Virus record (IMG/VR): IMGVR_UViG_3300013232_000486
Reading direction: 5' to 3' (one strand)
Source: a virus
Lineage: Duplodnaviria; Heunggongvirae; Uroviricota; Caudoviricetes
Length of the DNA: 64,000 nucleotides
The notes under the pieces were generated by a model. The model was given only the letters and a program-made list of their open reading frames with translations. It searched no databases and was not told the DNA's origin. Positions 17,667-27,369 of this stretch are shown here, piece by piece. The position numbers and the translations under genes are program-made. Position 1 is the stretch's first letter, and every line of letters begins with the position of its first letter.

Positions 17667-19304
17667 ATGGCAGAGATCGATTACCCACCGTGTGAGACTG
17701 ACAAGGAGATACAGACCCTCCTTCTGGCCAACTACTCCATCATCTACGTGGTTTCATACGAGGAAAACCGCGTCATCAAGGCCATTCAGAAAGCAATCGA
17801 ACACCCCAACCTCAATACCACTTTGAACGTGTGGGACTCAGCGAGAGGCTTGCTTGCGCCAGCCAAAAACGACGAGATGGTCGTGGTTGAAGGAGACATG
17901 AACTCGGACAGTGAAAGCTGGATACTTGACCACATTCAGGCACAGGCCAAGGACAAGAAGAGAAAGATGGGCCAGGACAAGGGCAAAATATCAAGAGGTC
18001 CCGTCTTTGTCCTATGTGATTTCTTCAGGTATTTGGACGAGAGTTCTGGTAATTTGGCCGTGGAGCGCAAGCTGAGGGTGTTGTCCGACGTTCTCCATCG
18101 TGTAAACATGCACATCATTATCATTTCTCCAGAACTTCGATTGCCAGTCGCCTTGCAGAAATGCGTGTCTGTCATCGACTATCCTCTCCCCGCGAAGGAA
18201 CAGATGGTGACGCTCGTCGATCACGTCAAACAACGTCGCGTCTCGTCACACAAGATCAAGGAAGAGGAAGCCAAGGCCATCGACTCGGAGAAATACGCCC
18301 AAGCTCTCCTCGGTCTTACCATCGGCGAGGCTGAGGACGCCATAGCTCGATCGCTTGCCATCAAGCAGTCCTTTGACGTCCCGACGCTTCTTGAACTGAA
18401 GAAGCAAGTCATCAGGAAGGGACAACTGCTCGAATACGTCCATAGTGGCGAGAACATGGACAACGTCGGAGGTCTTCAAGGGATCAAGGAATTTGTTAAG
18501 CTCAGAAAGTCGGCGTTCTCTGAGGCCGCTCGGAAGTATGGCTTGCAAATGCCAAAGGGCTTATTCCTCCTGGGCGTCCAAGGGGCTGGAAAGAGCCTAT
18601 GTGCAAAGGCCATCGCGAACGAGATGCAAGTCCCGCTGCTGAAGATGGACATGGGACGCTTGCTTGGCATGTACGTGGGTGACAGCGAACACAACACGCG
18701 AAGGGCTATCCAGTTGGCCGAAAGCATCGCGCCTTGTGTTTTGCTGATCGACGAGTTCGACAAGGCCGTGTCTGGATCTGGTTCTGGAAGTGATAACGAC
18801 CACGTTGCCAAGCGCGTCGTTGGGTACTTGCTGGACTGGCTGAATGACAAGACAGCCCCTGTCTTCGTTGTTGCTGCCGCCAATTCCATAGCAAACATGC
18901 CACCCGCCCTGATAAGGAAGGGACGTTTTGACGAATGTTTCTTCGTTGACTTGCCGACGAAGGACGAACGTAGTCAGATCTTCTCCATCCACATCAGGAA
19001 GCGTGGTAGAGATACCGCCAAGTTTGACTTGGACAAGCTCTCCACGGCTACTGAGAAGTTCTCTGGAGCAGAAATCGAGGCAACCATCGTGGATGCCATG
19101 TCTGCCGCGTTTGCCGACAAGGAGCGCGAGTTCACGACAGACGACATTACACGATCCATCCAGAACACGAAGCCGCTGGCCGTCATAGCGAAGGAAGAGT
19201 TGGACGCGCTGATCGACTTCGCATCAAACAGAATGCGTCCAGCCAACGCTCCGTATTATAGGTCCGAAGGGAGTGCCTTGGACGACAGGTTCACGACCAT
19301 CTAG
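17667..19304 (+). CDS. Ycf46-like AAA+ ATPase
   Basis: YVVSYEENRV; GGLQGIK; Walker A GVQGAGKS; Walker B VLLIDEFDKA; SRH motif RKGRFDECFFVDLP. Confidence 0.88.
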   Translation: MAEIDYPPCETDKEIQTLLLANYSIIYVVSYEENRVIKAIQKAIEHPNLNTTLNVWDSARGLLAPAKNDEMVVVEGDMNSDSESWILDHIQAQAKDKKRKMGQDKGKISRGPVFVLCDFFRYLDESSGNLAVERKLRVLSDVLHRVNMHIIIISPELRLPVALQKCVSVIDYPLPAKEQMVTLVDHVKQRRVSSHKIKEEEAKAIDSEKYAQALLGLTIGEAEDAIARSLAIKQSFDVPTLLELKKQVIRKGQLLEYVHSGENMDNVGGLQGIKEFVKLRKSAFSEAARKYGLQMPKGLFLLGVQGAGKSLCAKAIANEMQVPLLKMDMGRLLGMYVGDSEHNTRRAIQLAESIAPCVLLIDEFDKAVSGSGSGSDNDHVAKRVVGYLLDWLNDKTAPVFVVAAANSIANMPPALIRKGRFDECFFVDLPTKDERSQIFSIHIRKRGRDTAKFDLDKLSTATEKFSGAEIEATIVDAMSAAFADKEREFTTDDITRSIQNTKPLAVIAKEELDALIDFASNRMRPANAPYYRSEGSALDDRFTTI

Positions 19305-19313
19305 GAGACGATC

Positions 19314-19598
19314 ATGTTTGTTTTCTCGAGCGAGGACAAGGAACTTCTTGAAGTGTTCAAGCAGATCCATATTGCCGCCCGAAAAAAGGAAATGAACGAC
19401 TCAAGGTATGCCAAAGAGTTCGAACAACGAAGGATTGAACGAGCGCAAGCGTACAAGGACGGAAGGCTTGATCCCATCACGAAGATCTATCTGGAATACA
19501 TGGACGAGGGAAAAGAGGCCACGGACGAAGAGATCAAAAAGGCCCATGAAGAAGAATTAAGGAGATGGAATGAACGCAAAGCAAGCTCCAAAGTTTAA
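19314..19598 (+). CDS. Hypothetical charged helical protein
   Basis: 94-aa ORF with an AGGAG ribosome-binding site. Confidence 0.6.
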   Translation: MFVFSSEDKELLEVFKQIHIAARKKEMNDSRYAKEFEQRRIERAQAYKDGRLDPITKIYLEYMDEGKEATDEEIKKAHEEELRRWNERKASSKV

Positions 19599-19812
19599 GG
19601 CTGGAGACGTCGTTCAACTACGCTCTGGTGGCGAAAACATGACTGTCGAGGTCGTGTTACCCTATCATAAAGTCCATCCAGCCGTAGGCTACATCTGTGT
19701 TTGGATGAAGGACGGATGTCTTATCAGGGAAGAAATTTCCGAGTCTGCTTTGTGCATCATAGGAAGAGGCTGCTATGGTGGTACTCCGTTCGTTGAGGGA
19801 GAACCAGACTGA
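19570..19812 (+). CDS. YodC/DUF2158-like small protein
   Basis: FKAGDVVQLRSGG..MTV..CVW motif. Confidence 0.7.
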   Translation: MNAKQAPKFKAGDVVQLRSGGENMTVEVVLPYHKVHPAVGYICVWMKDGCLIREEISESALCIIGRGCYGGTPFVEGEPD

Positions 19813-19942
19813 TGGACTGGCTATTCTGGTGGGCTGCGGATGCCGCAAGGCAGCCCGAAACAAGAGGCTGCATAAGCGACTTCTTGCTGATTGCTCTGCT
19901 CACGTCGTTGGCGTTCCTGATCGGAACTTTGATCTGGGGAGG

Positions 19943-20416
19943 ATGAAGATGAAGATGTCACCTGGGGAAGTCTGTGACAAGTACGTGATCCTTCGAATGA
20001 AGGCCAAGCTGAACCGAGAGGCAGCAAAGCTTGGGAAGGTCAAGATCAAGGAAGACCTACAGAAGGAAGAGAAAGCCTACGAGTTTGAATATCTGTCCTT
20101 GATTGTCGAGGCGGAAGCACAAAGAAAAATACCGCACTTTCTCAACAATATCTTGACGCTGATGGAGATTAATGCCAAGATATGGGTGTTGGAAGCATCC
20201 TTGAGGGCTTCAAATCCAGAAGATCCGTGCGCCCAGGAGAAGCTGGACATGGCAGAGGTTGGAAAGAGGGCCTTGAGGATCCGAGATTTGAACTCGACGC
20301 GAGTGGCGGCAAAGGTGTCCATTGACAAGATGTTCGGGGCATGTCCAGACGAGAAAGTGGATCATGCCAGTGTCAAGAACCAGAACGAGGACTACGAACC
20401 TCCGAGAATCCCATGA
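19943..20416 (+). CDS. DUF6165/DUF4254-like helical protein
   Basis: SPGEVCDK..IL.MK...L.EIN.KIW.LE..LR...R.LN..R..AK..ID; start placed after GGGAGG. Confidence 0.5.
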   Translation: MKMKMSPGEVCDKYVILRMKAKLNREAAKLGKVKIKEDLQKEEKAYEFEYLSLIVEAEAQRKIPHFLNNILTLMEINAKIWVLEASLRASNPEDPCAQEKLDMAEVGKRALRIRDLNSTRVAAKVSIDKMFGACPDEKVDHASVKNQNEDYEPPRIP

Positions 20417-21678
20417 ATTGTACGAGATGCGGACAACCAGTTAGCAAGATCGAGGATGGAAAAGAGGTCCACCTTCGTTGCTATTGCGAGTGGCAACGCG
20501 GGTATGCCGAACGGCTGCGAAAGACCATCCACCCAGAGTTCTTGAAGCCCGTCAAGACCATCAAGGACTGGAACCCGAAGCTGTTCACGTCTGGTTTCAT
20601 GGAACTCATGGAAGTTCAGAAGGTACTGGCGATTAAGAGACTGAAGGACTTCGCCTACGGAAACGACTTTGATCGCAAGGCGCTGGACACGAACATCGCA
20701 GAGAGAAATAACCTCTTCATAAGAGGCCCGTCTGGATCTGGACGCGGGCTACTGTTGTCGACCATAAAGATGCATGCCGCCATCCGCGAAATCATGGTCA
20801 CGCCGATTCCATGTGACTACGACATCTTCCGCGCAGATATGGCGGAGGCTGACTCCTTTGGTTCGATCGGTCAGGAGAAGAAGATTCACGTCGCCTTGAA
20901 GTATGAGCGACCTCAACTCATGATCGTCGAGAATGTGAGGGCTGAGGGGTACTTCCCGACGTCATCTGGTCAAGTCACGAAGAAGATCAAGGGCGTACAG
21001 TCAGCCGACGCCACCGTCGCGAAGCGCCTGGCAAGGCCTGGCAGCATCGTCATAAGCTCGTATGACTTCGTCGGTGAGATAAAAGACTCGATGGGGGAGA
21101 GGATGTTGGAGGTACTGGAATCCCCAAGAACCAAACACATCCTCATGTTTGATCCGAACGAGTCTCTGACATTGAGGAAGTCTCTCTGGGACCGAAAGAA
21201 GCTCATGCTGGAACGCATGACCCAGATCAGAACCGACGATTCCGAGAAGAGGATGCGGATGGAAAAGATGGGAGAGGACGAGCAATTCGCCGTCCTCGAG
21301 GACGCCCTTTTCTTTGAGGAAGCTTTCCGTGGCATGAAGCCGATGCCAGGGGACGACGTGATGCCAATTCAGGCCCAGATGGAAATGGGCGCTCCAAATT
21401 GGGTCAAGCGTGATCGCGTTCTCAAAACATGGGAAACGTTCGTCTCAGCAAGACAAGATCAAGACGCCCAGTACAAGCAAGGCATCCAGCGTGCTCGAGT
21501 TGAGGCGGTTCGAGGATGCAAGGTCATGGCCCAGAAGATGACCGAAAGCGAGATGCTTGAAACTGGGATGATGCTGTCTTACGCATGCATGGTCAACGCT
21601 GACGGGGACGATCCAAAGCTGTCCGAATGGAAGAAACAAGCCGAAGAGAGCAAAAACAGGATGGTCTCTGATGGATAA
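20413..21678 (+). CDS. DnaC/IstB-like helicase loader with an N-terminal Zn motif and a degenerate P-loop
   Basis: CTRC..CYC; NLFIRGPSGSGRG; immediately upstream of DnaB; ATGA overlap at 20413. Confidence 0.55.
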   Translation: MNCTRCGQPVSKIEDGKEVHLRCYCEWQRGYAERLRKTIHPEFLKPVKTIKDWNPKLFTSGFMELMEVQKVLAIKRLKDFAYGNDFDRKALDTNIAERNNLFIRGPSGSGRGLLLSTIKMHAAIREIMVTPIPCDYDIFRADMAEADSFGSIGQEKKIHVALKYERPQLMIVENVRAEGYFPTSSGQVTKKIKGVQSADATVAKRLARPGSIVISSYDFVGEIKDSMGERMLEVLESPRTKHILMFDPNESLTLRKSLWDRKKLMLERMTQIRTDDSEKRMRMEKMGEDEQFAVLEDALFFEEAFRGMKPMPGDDVMPIQAQMEMGAPNWVKRDRVLKTWETFVSARQDQDAQYKQGIQRARVEAVRGCKVMAQKMTESEMLETGMMLSYACMVNADGDDPKLSEWKKQAEESKNRMVSDG

Positions 21679-23434
21679 AACAGAAGAAAAAGCCACGCAG
21701 GACAAAGATCTCGAACAATATGAGATCAAGCAGTTCGGAACCATGGACCAACAGACCTTGGAAGGAATGTTGGCTGGATACTTGGTTTATGACAAGACGC
21801 TTGAAACCCTTGATAAGAGGCTGACCGACCCTAGGAATGGAGAATTGCTTGTTGAGTCTGGTATCGAAGGAAAGATGTTCGAGAACAAACAAGCGGGAAA
21901 ACTCTTTGATGGAGTTCTGAACTACTACAAGATGTATAGAAAGATGATGACGCTGGATGATTCTACTCAGCTACAACTGATCACGGGGAGTTCCCATGAC
22001 CAGTCCCTCGTCTACTCAGAGATGCTTGCCGACTGCCATGCGGCGGTCGTAGCTAGGCATGTAAGTCTAAGACTACTCATACAGAGGTTTAAGTCACACT
22101 ATTATGTCCAGCGGGCCGACGCCATCTACCAGCAGTTCGTCCGAAACAGGACACAGATGGATCCAAAGAAGGCCGTCGAGAAGTTCTGTACCGAATGCAG
22201 GACGGAGTTGTCCGAGCAAGACACCCAGCCGCTGATAGAGTACGATTTGGGAGAAGACTCCAAGAAGACCATATCTTGGGTTCTGGACATGAAGCACAAC
22301 CCAGAGAAGTACATGGGTTGTCGCTGCGGGATCGAGAAGGTCGACAAGTCAACAACTGGCTTCAAGCCTGGCCAACTGACGGTGTTCGTCGGTCGTCACG
22401 GTGGTTACAAGACCACGTTGATGACCAACGTCGGCTATGGGCTGCTGATGAACGGCTACAACGTCCTCTATGCCTCTCTGGAAATGGAAGAGGATCTCTT
22501 GATGGCGAAGATCCTTTGCCGACATAGCCGAAAGATATCATGGTCAAAGATGTACCAAGGAAGGATATCCGAGCCAGGAGACTGGGATCTTAAAGAAGAG
22601 GCGGCAAGAAAAACACAAGACGAATCCCTCTCTGATGCAGAACGGGCGGCATGGGAAAAGAAACTTAAGAAGTTGTCTGACATTACCTCAAACGTGACGA
22701 GGGGAGAGGAAGAGGTTCTTCTTCTTAACCAAGCCAGAGAATCCATACTCGCTCTCCCAAACAAGCTGAAGATCGCTCGCGTTGGACAATCCGACAAGAT
22801 CAAGATCGGGTACCTAGAGAAGTGGATAGAGGAGAGAATCGAGGTCTGGCAACCAGAGGTCGTGATCGTAGACTATCTTGCCCTTGTTGCCTCCGACGAA
22901 TCTCACAGTGACCGTCGAGATCTTGAAGTTGGAGACGTCTGCAAGAAGTTCCGCGCAATGGGATCAAGGCTTGGGTTCCACGTGATAACCGCAGCCCAAT
23001 ACAAGCGCGGAGCCATCGAGAGGATCAGGGAATACGGATTCGCAAACCCAGAGAAGGCCATGCTGGGTACGGACGACATCGCCGAGTCCAACCAGATCGG
23101 CGCAGACGCAGACACGGTGTTCATGCTGTGGCCAGAAGACGGGGGCAACAGGCTCCGCGTCTTCGTACCGAAAGCCCGTCACGCCGGGACGAACGTCGAA
23201 AGCTTTGACGTCCTTCAAGTCGATCAAGACCACTGTACCATTTCTGACGACATCATGGACACCCAACAGGTTTCCAATAACATAGGACTTGGAACGGCAT
23301 TGTCTTTGGCACAAGCCCTCGGTGACGGCAATCCGCTTGCCCCAAAGATACCAGACGGGGAAGACGTTTTGGACTCTCCTTTCGCCGTGTCTCAGGAAGA
23401 ACCCATGGAAAAGACAGAAGAGGAGTTATTCTAA
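21671..23434 (+). CDS. dnaB: Replicative DnaB-like (SF4) helicase
   Basis: GFKPGQLTVFVGRHGGYKT; YASLEM; VVIVDYLAL; ITAAQ; IAES..I..DADTVFML. Confidence 0.88.
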   Translation: MDKTEEKATQDKDLEQYEIKQFGTMDQQTLEGMLAGYLVYDKTLETLDKRLTDPRNGELLVESGIEGKMFENKQAGKLFDGVLNYYKMYRKMMTLDDSTQLQLITGSSHDQSLVYSEMLADCHAAVVARHVSLRLLIQRFKSHYYVQRADAIYQQFVRNRTQMDPKKAVEKFCTECRTELSEQDTQPLIEYDLGEDSKKTISWVLDMKHNPEKYMGCRCGIEKVDKSTTGFKPGQLTVFVGRHGGYKTTLMTNVGYGLLMNGYNVLYASLEMEEDLLMAKILCRHSRKISWSKMYQGRISEPGDWDLKEEAARKTQDESLSDAERAAWEKKLKKLSDITSNVTRGEEEVLLLNQARESILALPNKLKIARVGQSDKIKIGYLEKWIEERIEVWQPEVVIVDYLALVASDESHSDRRDLEVGDVCKKFRAMGSRLGFHVITAAQYKRGAIERIREYGFANPEKAMLGTDDIAESNQIGADADTVFMLWPEDGGNRLRVFVPKARHAGTNVESFDVLQVDQDHCTISDDIMDTQQVSNNIGLGTALSLAQALGDGNPLAPKIPDGEDVLDSPFAVSQEEPMEKTEEELF

Positions 23435-23686
23435 GTGGATGACGACGAAATCAAGGACAAGGAAAGGCTGCGGAAGCTGGAGCTTCTGACCAAGATATCG
23501 CTAGATCAGTTGCTTTCGATCTTGTCCGAGCTAAACGAGAAGGATATCTACAACCTTCAAGAGATCGGCAAGGAGGTCATTTCCGAATCAGACCTAACTC
23601 CAGGCCTAAAGGCCGCCATAAAGGCTATTTTCTGCGTTGGCGTGGCCACCGCCCTTAACGTGGCAAAGGAGAGAAAAGATGAGTAA
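23435..23686 (+). CDS. Hypothetical protein
   Basis: 83-aa ORF abutting dnaB. Confidence 0.55.
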   Translation: MDDDEIKDKERLRKLELLTKISLDQLLSILSELNEKDIYNLQEIGKEVISESDLTPGLKAAIKAIFCVGVATALNVAKERKDE

Positions 23687-23882
23687 GAAGCTTCCATCCC
23701 TTGAGGTGTTGATCGTCACGTCGACGCTTAACGAAGGACTTCTTTCGTTAAGGGTATACGACAAAACAGACAACAGATTACACACACCAAAAAAATACCT
23801 TGAAATCGCTGGGTTCAAGGACGGTGACAAGGCGATTCTAAAACTGGTCCCCAAGAAGAAAGCGAAGCTGAAGGGGAAGTAG
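23679..23882 (+). CDS. Hypothetical protein
   Basis: ATG after AGGAGAG; overlaps the previous stop. Confidence 0.55.
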   Translation: MSKKLPSLEVLIVTSTLNEGLLSLRVYDKTDNRLHTPKKYLEIAGFKDGDKAILKLVPKKKAKLKGK

Positions 23883-23883
23883 A

Positions 23884-24447
23884 ATGGCAATCCTTGATAC
23901 CATTCAGGAGATGTGTCGCCGATTCAAGATGAGCGACTACCTCCGCGCCAAGGGGTATGACCTCCAGAGGGCTGGAAAGTACCTCCGTTGTGCATGCCCT
24001 CTTCCAGAACACCCCAACGAGAGAACTCCATCGTTTTATGTCCGAGAGAAGGATGGAATTGAACTCTTCAAGTGTTTCGGATGTGGCCGCGCTGGAAACG
24101 TGTTTACGATCATAAAGGCCCTTGAAAAAAGAAGTACTGGCCAAGTCTTGAGACACTTGTCAAAGCAGACGGGTGTTGCGCTGGGTGGATATGACGAGAA
24201 CGCCGTTCAAGCAGAACCGCAAGCTTCTGACGTGTTGTCTTCGTTCTGTGACGAGGATGCTTCCATGATGCGTCTGACGGCATACGCGCAACAATTCATG
24301 CGAGCACATGGATGTGACGAGGTCGTGGTGGACATTGTCAGCGACGTATACAAGTACCTTGACCAGAAGATCGAGGAGGGTGACAAGGCCGCTATTGAAA
24401 AGACATTGGATCGGCTCAAGGTTGTCATGTATAAGTACAAGAGTTGA
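23884..24447 (+). CDS. Stand-alone CHC2 zinc-finger (DnaG primase zinc-binding domain) protein, no TOPRIM domain
   Basis: CPLPEH..ERTPSFYV..FKCFGCGRAGNVFT; only 187 aa long. Confidence 0.82.
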   Translation: MAILDTIQEMCRRFKMSDYLRAKGYDLQRAGKYLRCACPLPEHPNERTPSFYVREKDGIELFKCFGCGRAGNVFTIIKALEKRSTGQVLRHLSKQTGVALGGYDENAVQAEPQASDVLSSFCDEDASMMRLTAYAQQFMRAHGCDEVVVDIVSDVYKYLDQKIEEGDKAAIEKTLDRLKVVMYKYKS

Positions 24448-24496
24448 AGGTTGAATAAAAGATCACCTAGAACAGTCAACAGAGAAGGAGAACGTC

Positions 24497-24871
24497 ATGC
24501 TCAAGTACGCGCTCATGGTAGTTTTGCTCGCTGGATCGGCTTACGCGAGTGACTTCAGGATATCGGTCGGAATCGGGTATCGGCCTGCCCCAATCTGCCA
24601 GACGGTGGTCGTCGAAAGGCCTTCGGTAGTCTGGGTCCCGCCAGTCTACGAGAATCGAGTTGACGTCGAAGGAAACGTCTATGTGGTTCTGGTCAGGCAA
24701 GGCTATTACCAGGAAGTCAGACCCGTGGTCTACGCGCCTTCCCCAGTCTATTATGCTCCAGCGCCAGTCTATTACGCGCCAGCATATCGTCCCATGTATG
24801 CTCCGTGTCCAAGACCGTCTTTTGGGTTTGGATTCTCGTTTGGATCATCTCATGGTGGACATCACCGCTAG
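24497..24871 (+). CDS. Secreted Pro/Tyr/Val-rich (PXPV-like) repeat protein
   Basis: Signal peptide MLKYALMVVLLAGSAYA; VYYAPAPVYYAPAY repeats; GFGFSFG..HHR tail. Confidence 0.65.
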   Translation: MLKYALMVVLLAGSAYASDFRISVGIGYRPAPICQTVVVERPSVVWVPPVYENRVDVEGNVYVVLVRQGYYQEVRPVVYAPSPVYYAPAPVYYAPAYRPMYAPCPRPSFGFGFSFGSSHGGHHR

Positions 24872-25224
24872 CCGTACTGTGTGACCATTCCCCACTTGAT
24901 GGACAATGACCCAAAGGTCTTCTTCAGTCTCTTCAAGTCGGCGTTACACTCCTTGGTCATCTTGGAGATGTCGCGCTTGATCATTTCCTCGTCTACGTCA
25001 AACACGACCGTACCACCATCTCCGTCGACTTCTTTTCCGAAGTCTTCAAAGCTGTCCTCGTCACAAGCATAGTCTGGGACGAAAAGTGGAATGGCCCCGT
25101 ATGAAAAACAGCGCATCTTTTTTAGGCCAAGGCCATCCGTATCTCCGTATGCATACTTGTCCTCCCATTCCTTGTCCTTCTTCGCCAAGACGTATGGCCC
25201 AATGTACCTGCTGGTGTCTCCCAT
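24868..25224 (-). CDS. Hypothetical protein
   Basis: 118-aa ORF with an AGGAG ribosome-binding site and its own promoter. Confidence 0.7.
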   Translation of the reverse strand: MGDTSRYIGPYVLAKKDKEWEDKYAYGDTDGLGLKKMRCFSYGAIPLFVPDYACDEDSFEDFGKEVDGDGGTVVFDVDEEMIKRDISKMTKECNADLKRLKKTFGSLSIKWGMVTQYG

Positions 25225-25244
25225 GATCGTCTCCTTTCCCGTAT

Positions 25245-25295
25245 ATTGTACAGCACCGTTTTTGTCTTGACAACGGTGCTTTTCAGATATATTCT
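25245..25295. promoter_or_regulatory. Overlapping divergent promoters (+ strand TTGACA-17-TATTCT; - strand TTGTCA-17-TACAAT) with a 9-bp inverted repeat
   Basis: AGCACCGTT (25252-60) and AACGGTGCT (25272-80) bracket the -35 boxes. Confidence 0.65.
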
Positions 25296-25301
25296 TAACT
25301 C

Positions 25302-25901
25302 ATGAAGATCGAGGAGGCACAGAAACTCTACTCCGAGATGAAGTCGTGCAGCGCTTGCGCCATGCGCCAGGGCTGTACCCAAGTCGTCACGTATGACGGT
25401 TTTCTTGACGATACTCCTCTCCTTCTGATCGTTGGAGAATCGCCAAGGAAGGAAGATGACGAGCAAGGCAAGCCGTTTTCTGGTGATTGCGGGATACTGC
25501 TTCGAGAGGCGCTTCGTGCGACCAAGGTTCTAAAAAAGAACAATACCGTGATAACCAACACGATCAAATGCCAGCCGCCTGGAGAAAAGTTCCCTACGGA
25601 CAAGAATATCCCTAGGCTGTGTATCTCAAAGTGGTTGGATAAAGAGATCGCGACAATCGAACCAAAGCGCATGATTCTTCTTGGTAGCATGCCTCTTTTG
25701 TTTGTCGCCGGGCTAAAGGGCATCTCCAAAACCAGGGGAAACTGGCTGAACGTCAAAGGCGTTAGGACCATGGCGACGTTTCATCCCTCGTACGTGATCC
25801 GACAGATGAACGAGGGCGACCTGGAAACGCGCCAGAACTTCTTTGACGACATCAAGATGGTTGCTGATGAAATCGCCCGCTTGCAGGGGGTTCTGACATG
25901 A
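25302..25901 (+). CDS. Uracil-DNA glycosylase family 4 (4Fe-4S)
   Basis: CSACAMRQGC; IVGESP; NTIKCQPP; ATFHPSY. Confidence 0.88.
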   Translation: MKIEEAQKLYSEMKSCSACAMRQGCTQVVTYDGFLDDTPLLLIVGESPRKEDDEQGKPFSGDCGILLREALRATKVLKKNNTVITNTIKCQPPGEKFPTDKNIPRLCISKWLDKEIATIEPKRMILLGSMPLLFVAGLKGISKTRGNWLNVKGVRTMATFHPSYVIRQMNEGDLETRQNFFDDIKMVADEIARLQGVLT

Positions 25902-26491
25902 CCCCCTACAAGGGAAGCTGGGCCGCAAGCCCAAAGTTTGATGCTTCTGGCAGCGCCGTGGTCACGTTCTTCGGCCAGCCAGCCCATGTCACGGTTCATT
26001 GGCAGCAAATCGGCGTTCCGCTAGGTAGGCTGATCTGTCCAAGGACAATAGACGTCGCCAAGTCAGAGTGTTGGTTGTGCAAGAAAAAGGACCTAAACCA
26101 GACAGTACCTCCAACAAACGACGGGCCACGGATACTGAGCATGATCTACGACTGGGGACAAGAACGGTTTGGGACGTTCGTGATGACGACTCCAGTCATG
26201 CTCGAGATCGTTGGGGCGCTAAAGGTGGCTGGGTATGACGCACAAGCCATCGAGTCTGGGAACGGGCCGTCGTTCGGTCTTCAGCGAACCCAAGACAAAA
26301 GGACGCTTGTCGCAGCCCTGGCCATCAAACAAATTCCAAAAGAACTGCCTAGCATGGAAGCAATGCTTGCACGGACGGAACAAGAGTCCGCGTACGCCCA
26401 AGACGAATCGAAGTTCATCATGTCGAAGCCCGAGGGGCAGAGGCTCTCGTGGGGCAAGGACAATCCACAAGATCGATGGACTTTCATTTGA
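25898..26491 (+). CDS. Possible gp32-like ssDNA-binding protein
   Basis: HW..CP..CWLC..R..IYDW pattern in a replication context; the match is weak. Confidence 0.35.
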   Translation: MTPYKGSWAASPKFDASGSAVVTFFGQPAHVTVHWQQIGVPLGRLICPRTIDVAKSECWLCKKKDLNQTVPPTNDGPRILSMIYDWGQERFGTFVMTTPVMLEIVGALKVAGYDAQAIESGNGPSFGLQRTQDKRTLVAALAIKQIPKELPSMEAMLARTEQESAYAQDESKFIMSKPEGQRLSWGKDNPQDRWTFI

Positions 26492-26503
26492 GTTGGTGAA
26501 ACC

Positions 26504-27073
26504 ATGAAGAAAACAACGAAGATTCCAGAATGGTACGAGTCGATTCTGAACGATTCGATGGAACATTCAGTCAAGAAAAACAAAGAATACATGGTGTCCT
26601 TGACCAACGCGGTTGGAACACAGTTCATCAGCATGAAGACACTATGTGAAGAGTTTGGGCTTGACTACGCAGAAGAGGTCAAGCGGATGAAATCAGAGGG
26701 GCTGTTGAAGGGGGACGGTCGCGTAATCACGGCAAGAACGCTCGTTCAGAGCATTGCCTCTCCAGAAGAGCTGGCCGAATGGGACGAGGCTCAGAACAAG
26801 GCCTTGGTCGTTGACAAGAAAAATGGTTCCAAACTTGAAGGTTCATGGAAACCTGGAGCGCCTGCTTTCTCTGGAACTTCATTGCCAAAGAAAGAAGTAG
26901 ATATTAATCCTTGGCTTGACTTCATTAAGGAAAAGAAGGCCATAGAGAACTTTATTGGGTTGTCAAAACCGAAACCGAAACCAAAGAAACACAAGGCAAA
27001 GAGCAAGCCGCCACCAGAAGAGCACGTAATAGGGTTTGATAGGTGGGACTTTGTAGAAGGTGCGTCATGCTAA
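26504..27073 (+). CDS. Hypothetical protein, possible antirepressor-N-like DNA-binding segment
   Basis: FISMKTLCEEFGLDY..E.KR resembles the P22 antirepressor N-domain; C-terminal DRWDFV. Confidence 0.5.
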   Translation: MKKTTKIPEWYESILNDSMEHSVKKNKEYMVSLTNAVGTQFISMKTLCEEFGLDYAEEVKRMKSEGLLKGDGRVITARTLVQSIASPEELAEWDEAQNKALVVDKKNGSKLEGSWKPGAPAFSGTSLPKKEVDINPWLDFIKEKKAIENFIGLSKPKPKPKKHKAKSKPPPEEHVIGFDRWDFVEGASC

Positions 27074-27366
27074 GGTTCAAGGTGTTGGCAGACTGTCAGA
27101 TTTTCGTCCACGGAAAGTCTCAGCCAGTCCATAAAGGCGACGAGTTCGACGTGGGGCTGTATGACGACGACACGACTTGTAACTGGATTTCAAGTTTGCT
27201 TGCGAGCAAGGTCCTAGAAATCGTCGGATGGATCGAACTTGAGGACGAATTACCTGACCCAGAAGAAAAGCTTCTGAGGCGATTCCCACCACAGTACCTT
27301 GAGGAGCCAACGAAAAAAGAACTAAGTGAAGGCGTGGCTTTTGACCGACTTGATTTTGTGGAGTAG
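27067..27366 (+). CDS. Hypothetical protein (C-terminal DRLDFV)
   Basis: ATG 27067 overlaps the previous stop; N-half resembles the next ORF. Confidence 0.65.
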   Translation: MLRFKVLADCQIFVHGKSQPVHKGDEFDVGLYDDDTTCNWISSLLASKVLEIVGWIELEDELPDPEEKLLRRFPPQYLEEPTKKELSEGVAFDRLDFVE

Positions 27367-27369
27367 CTC

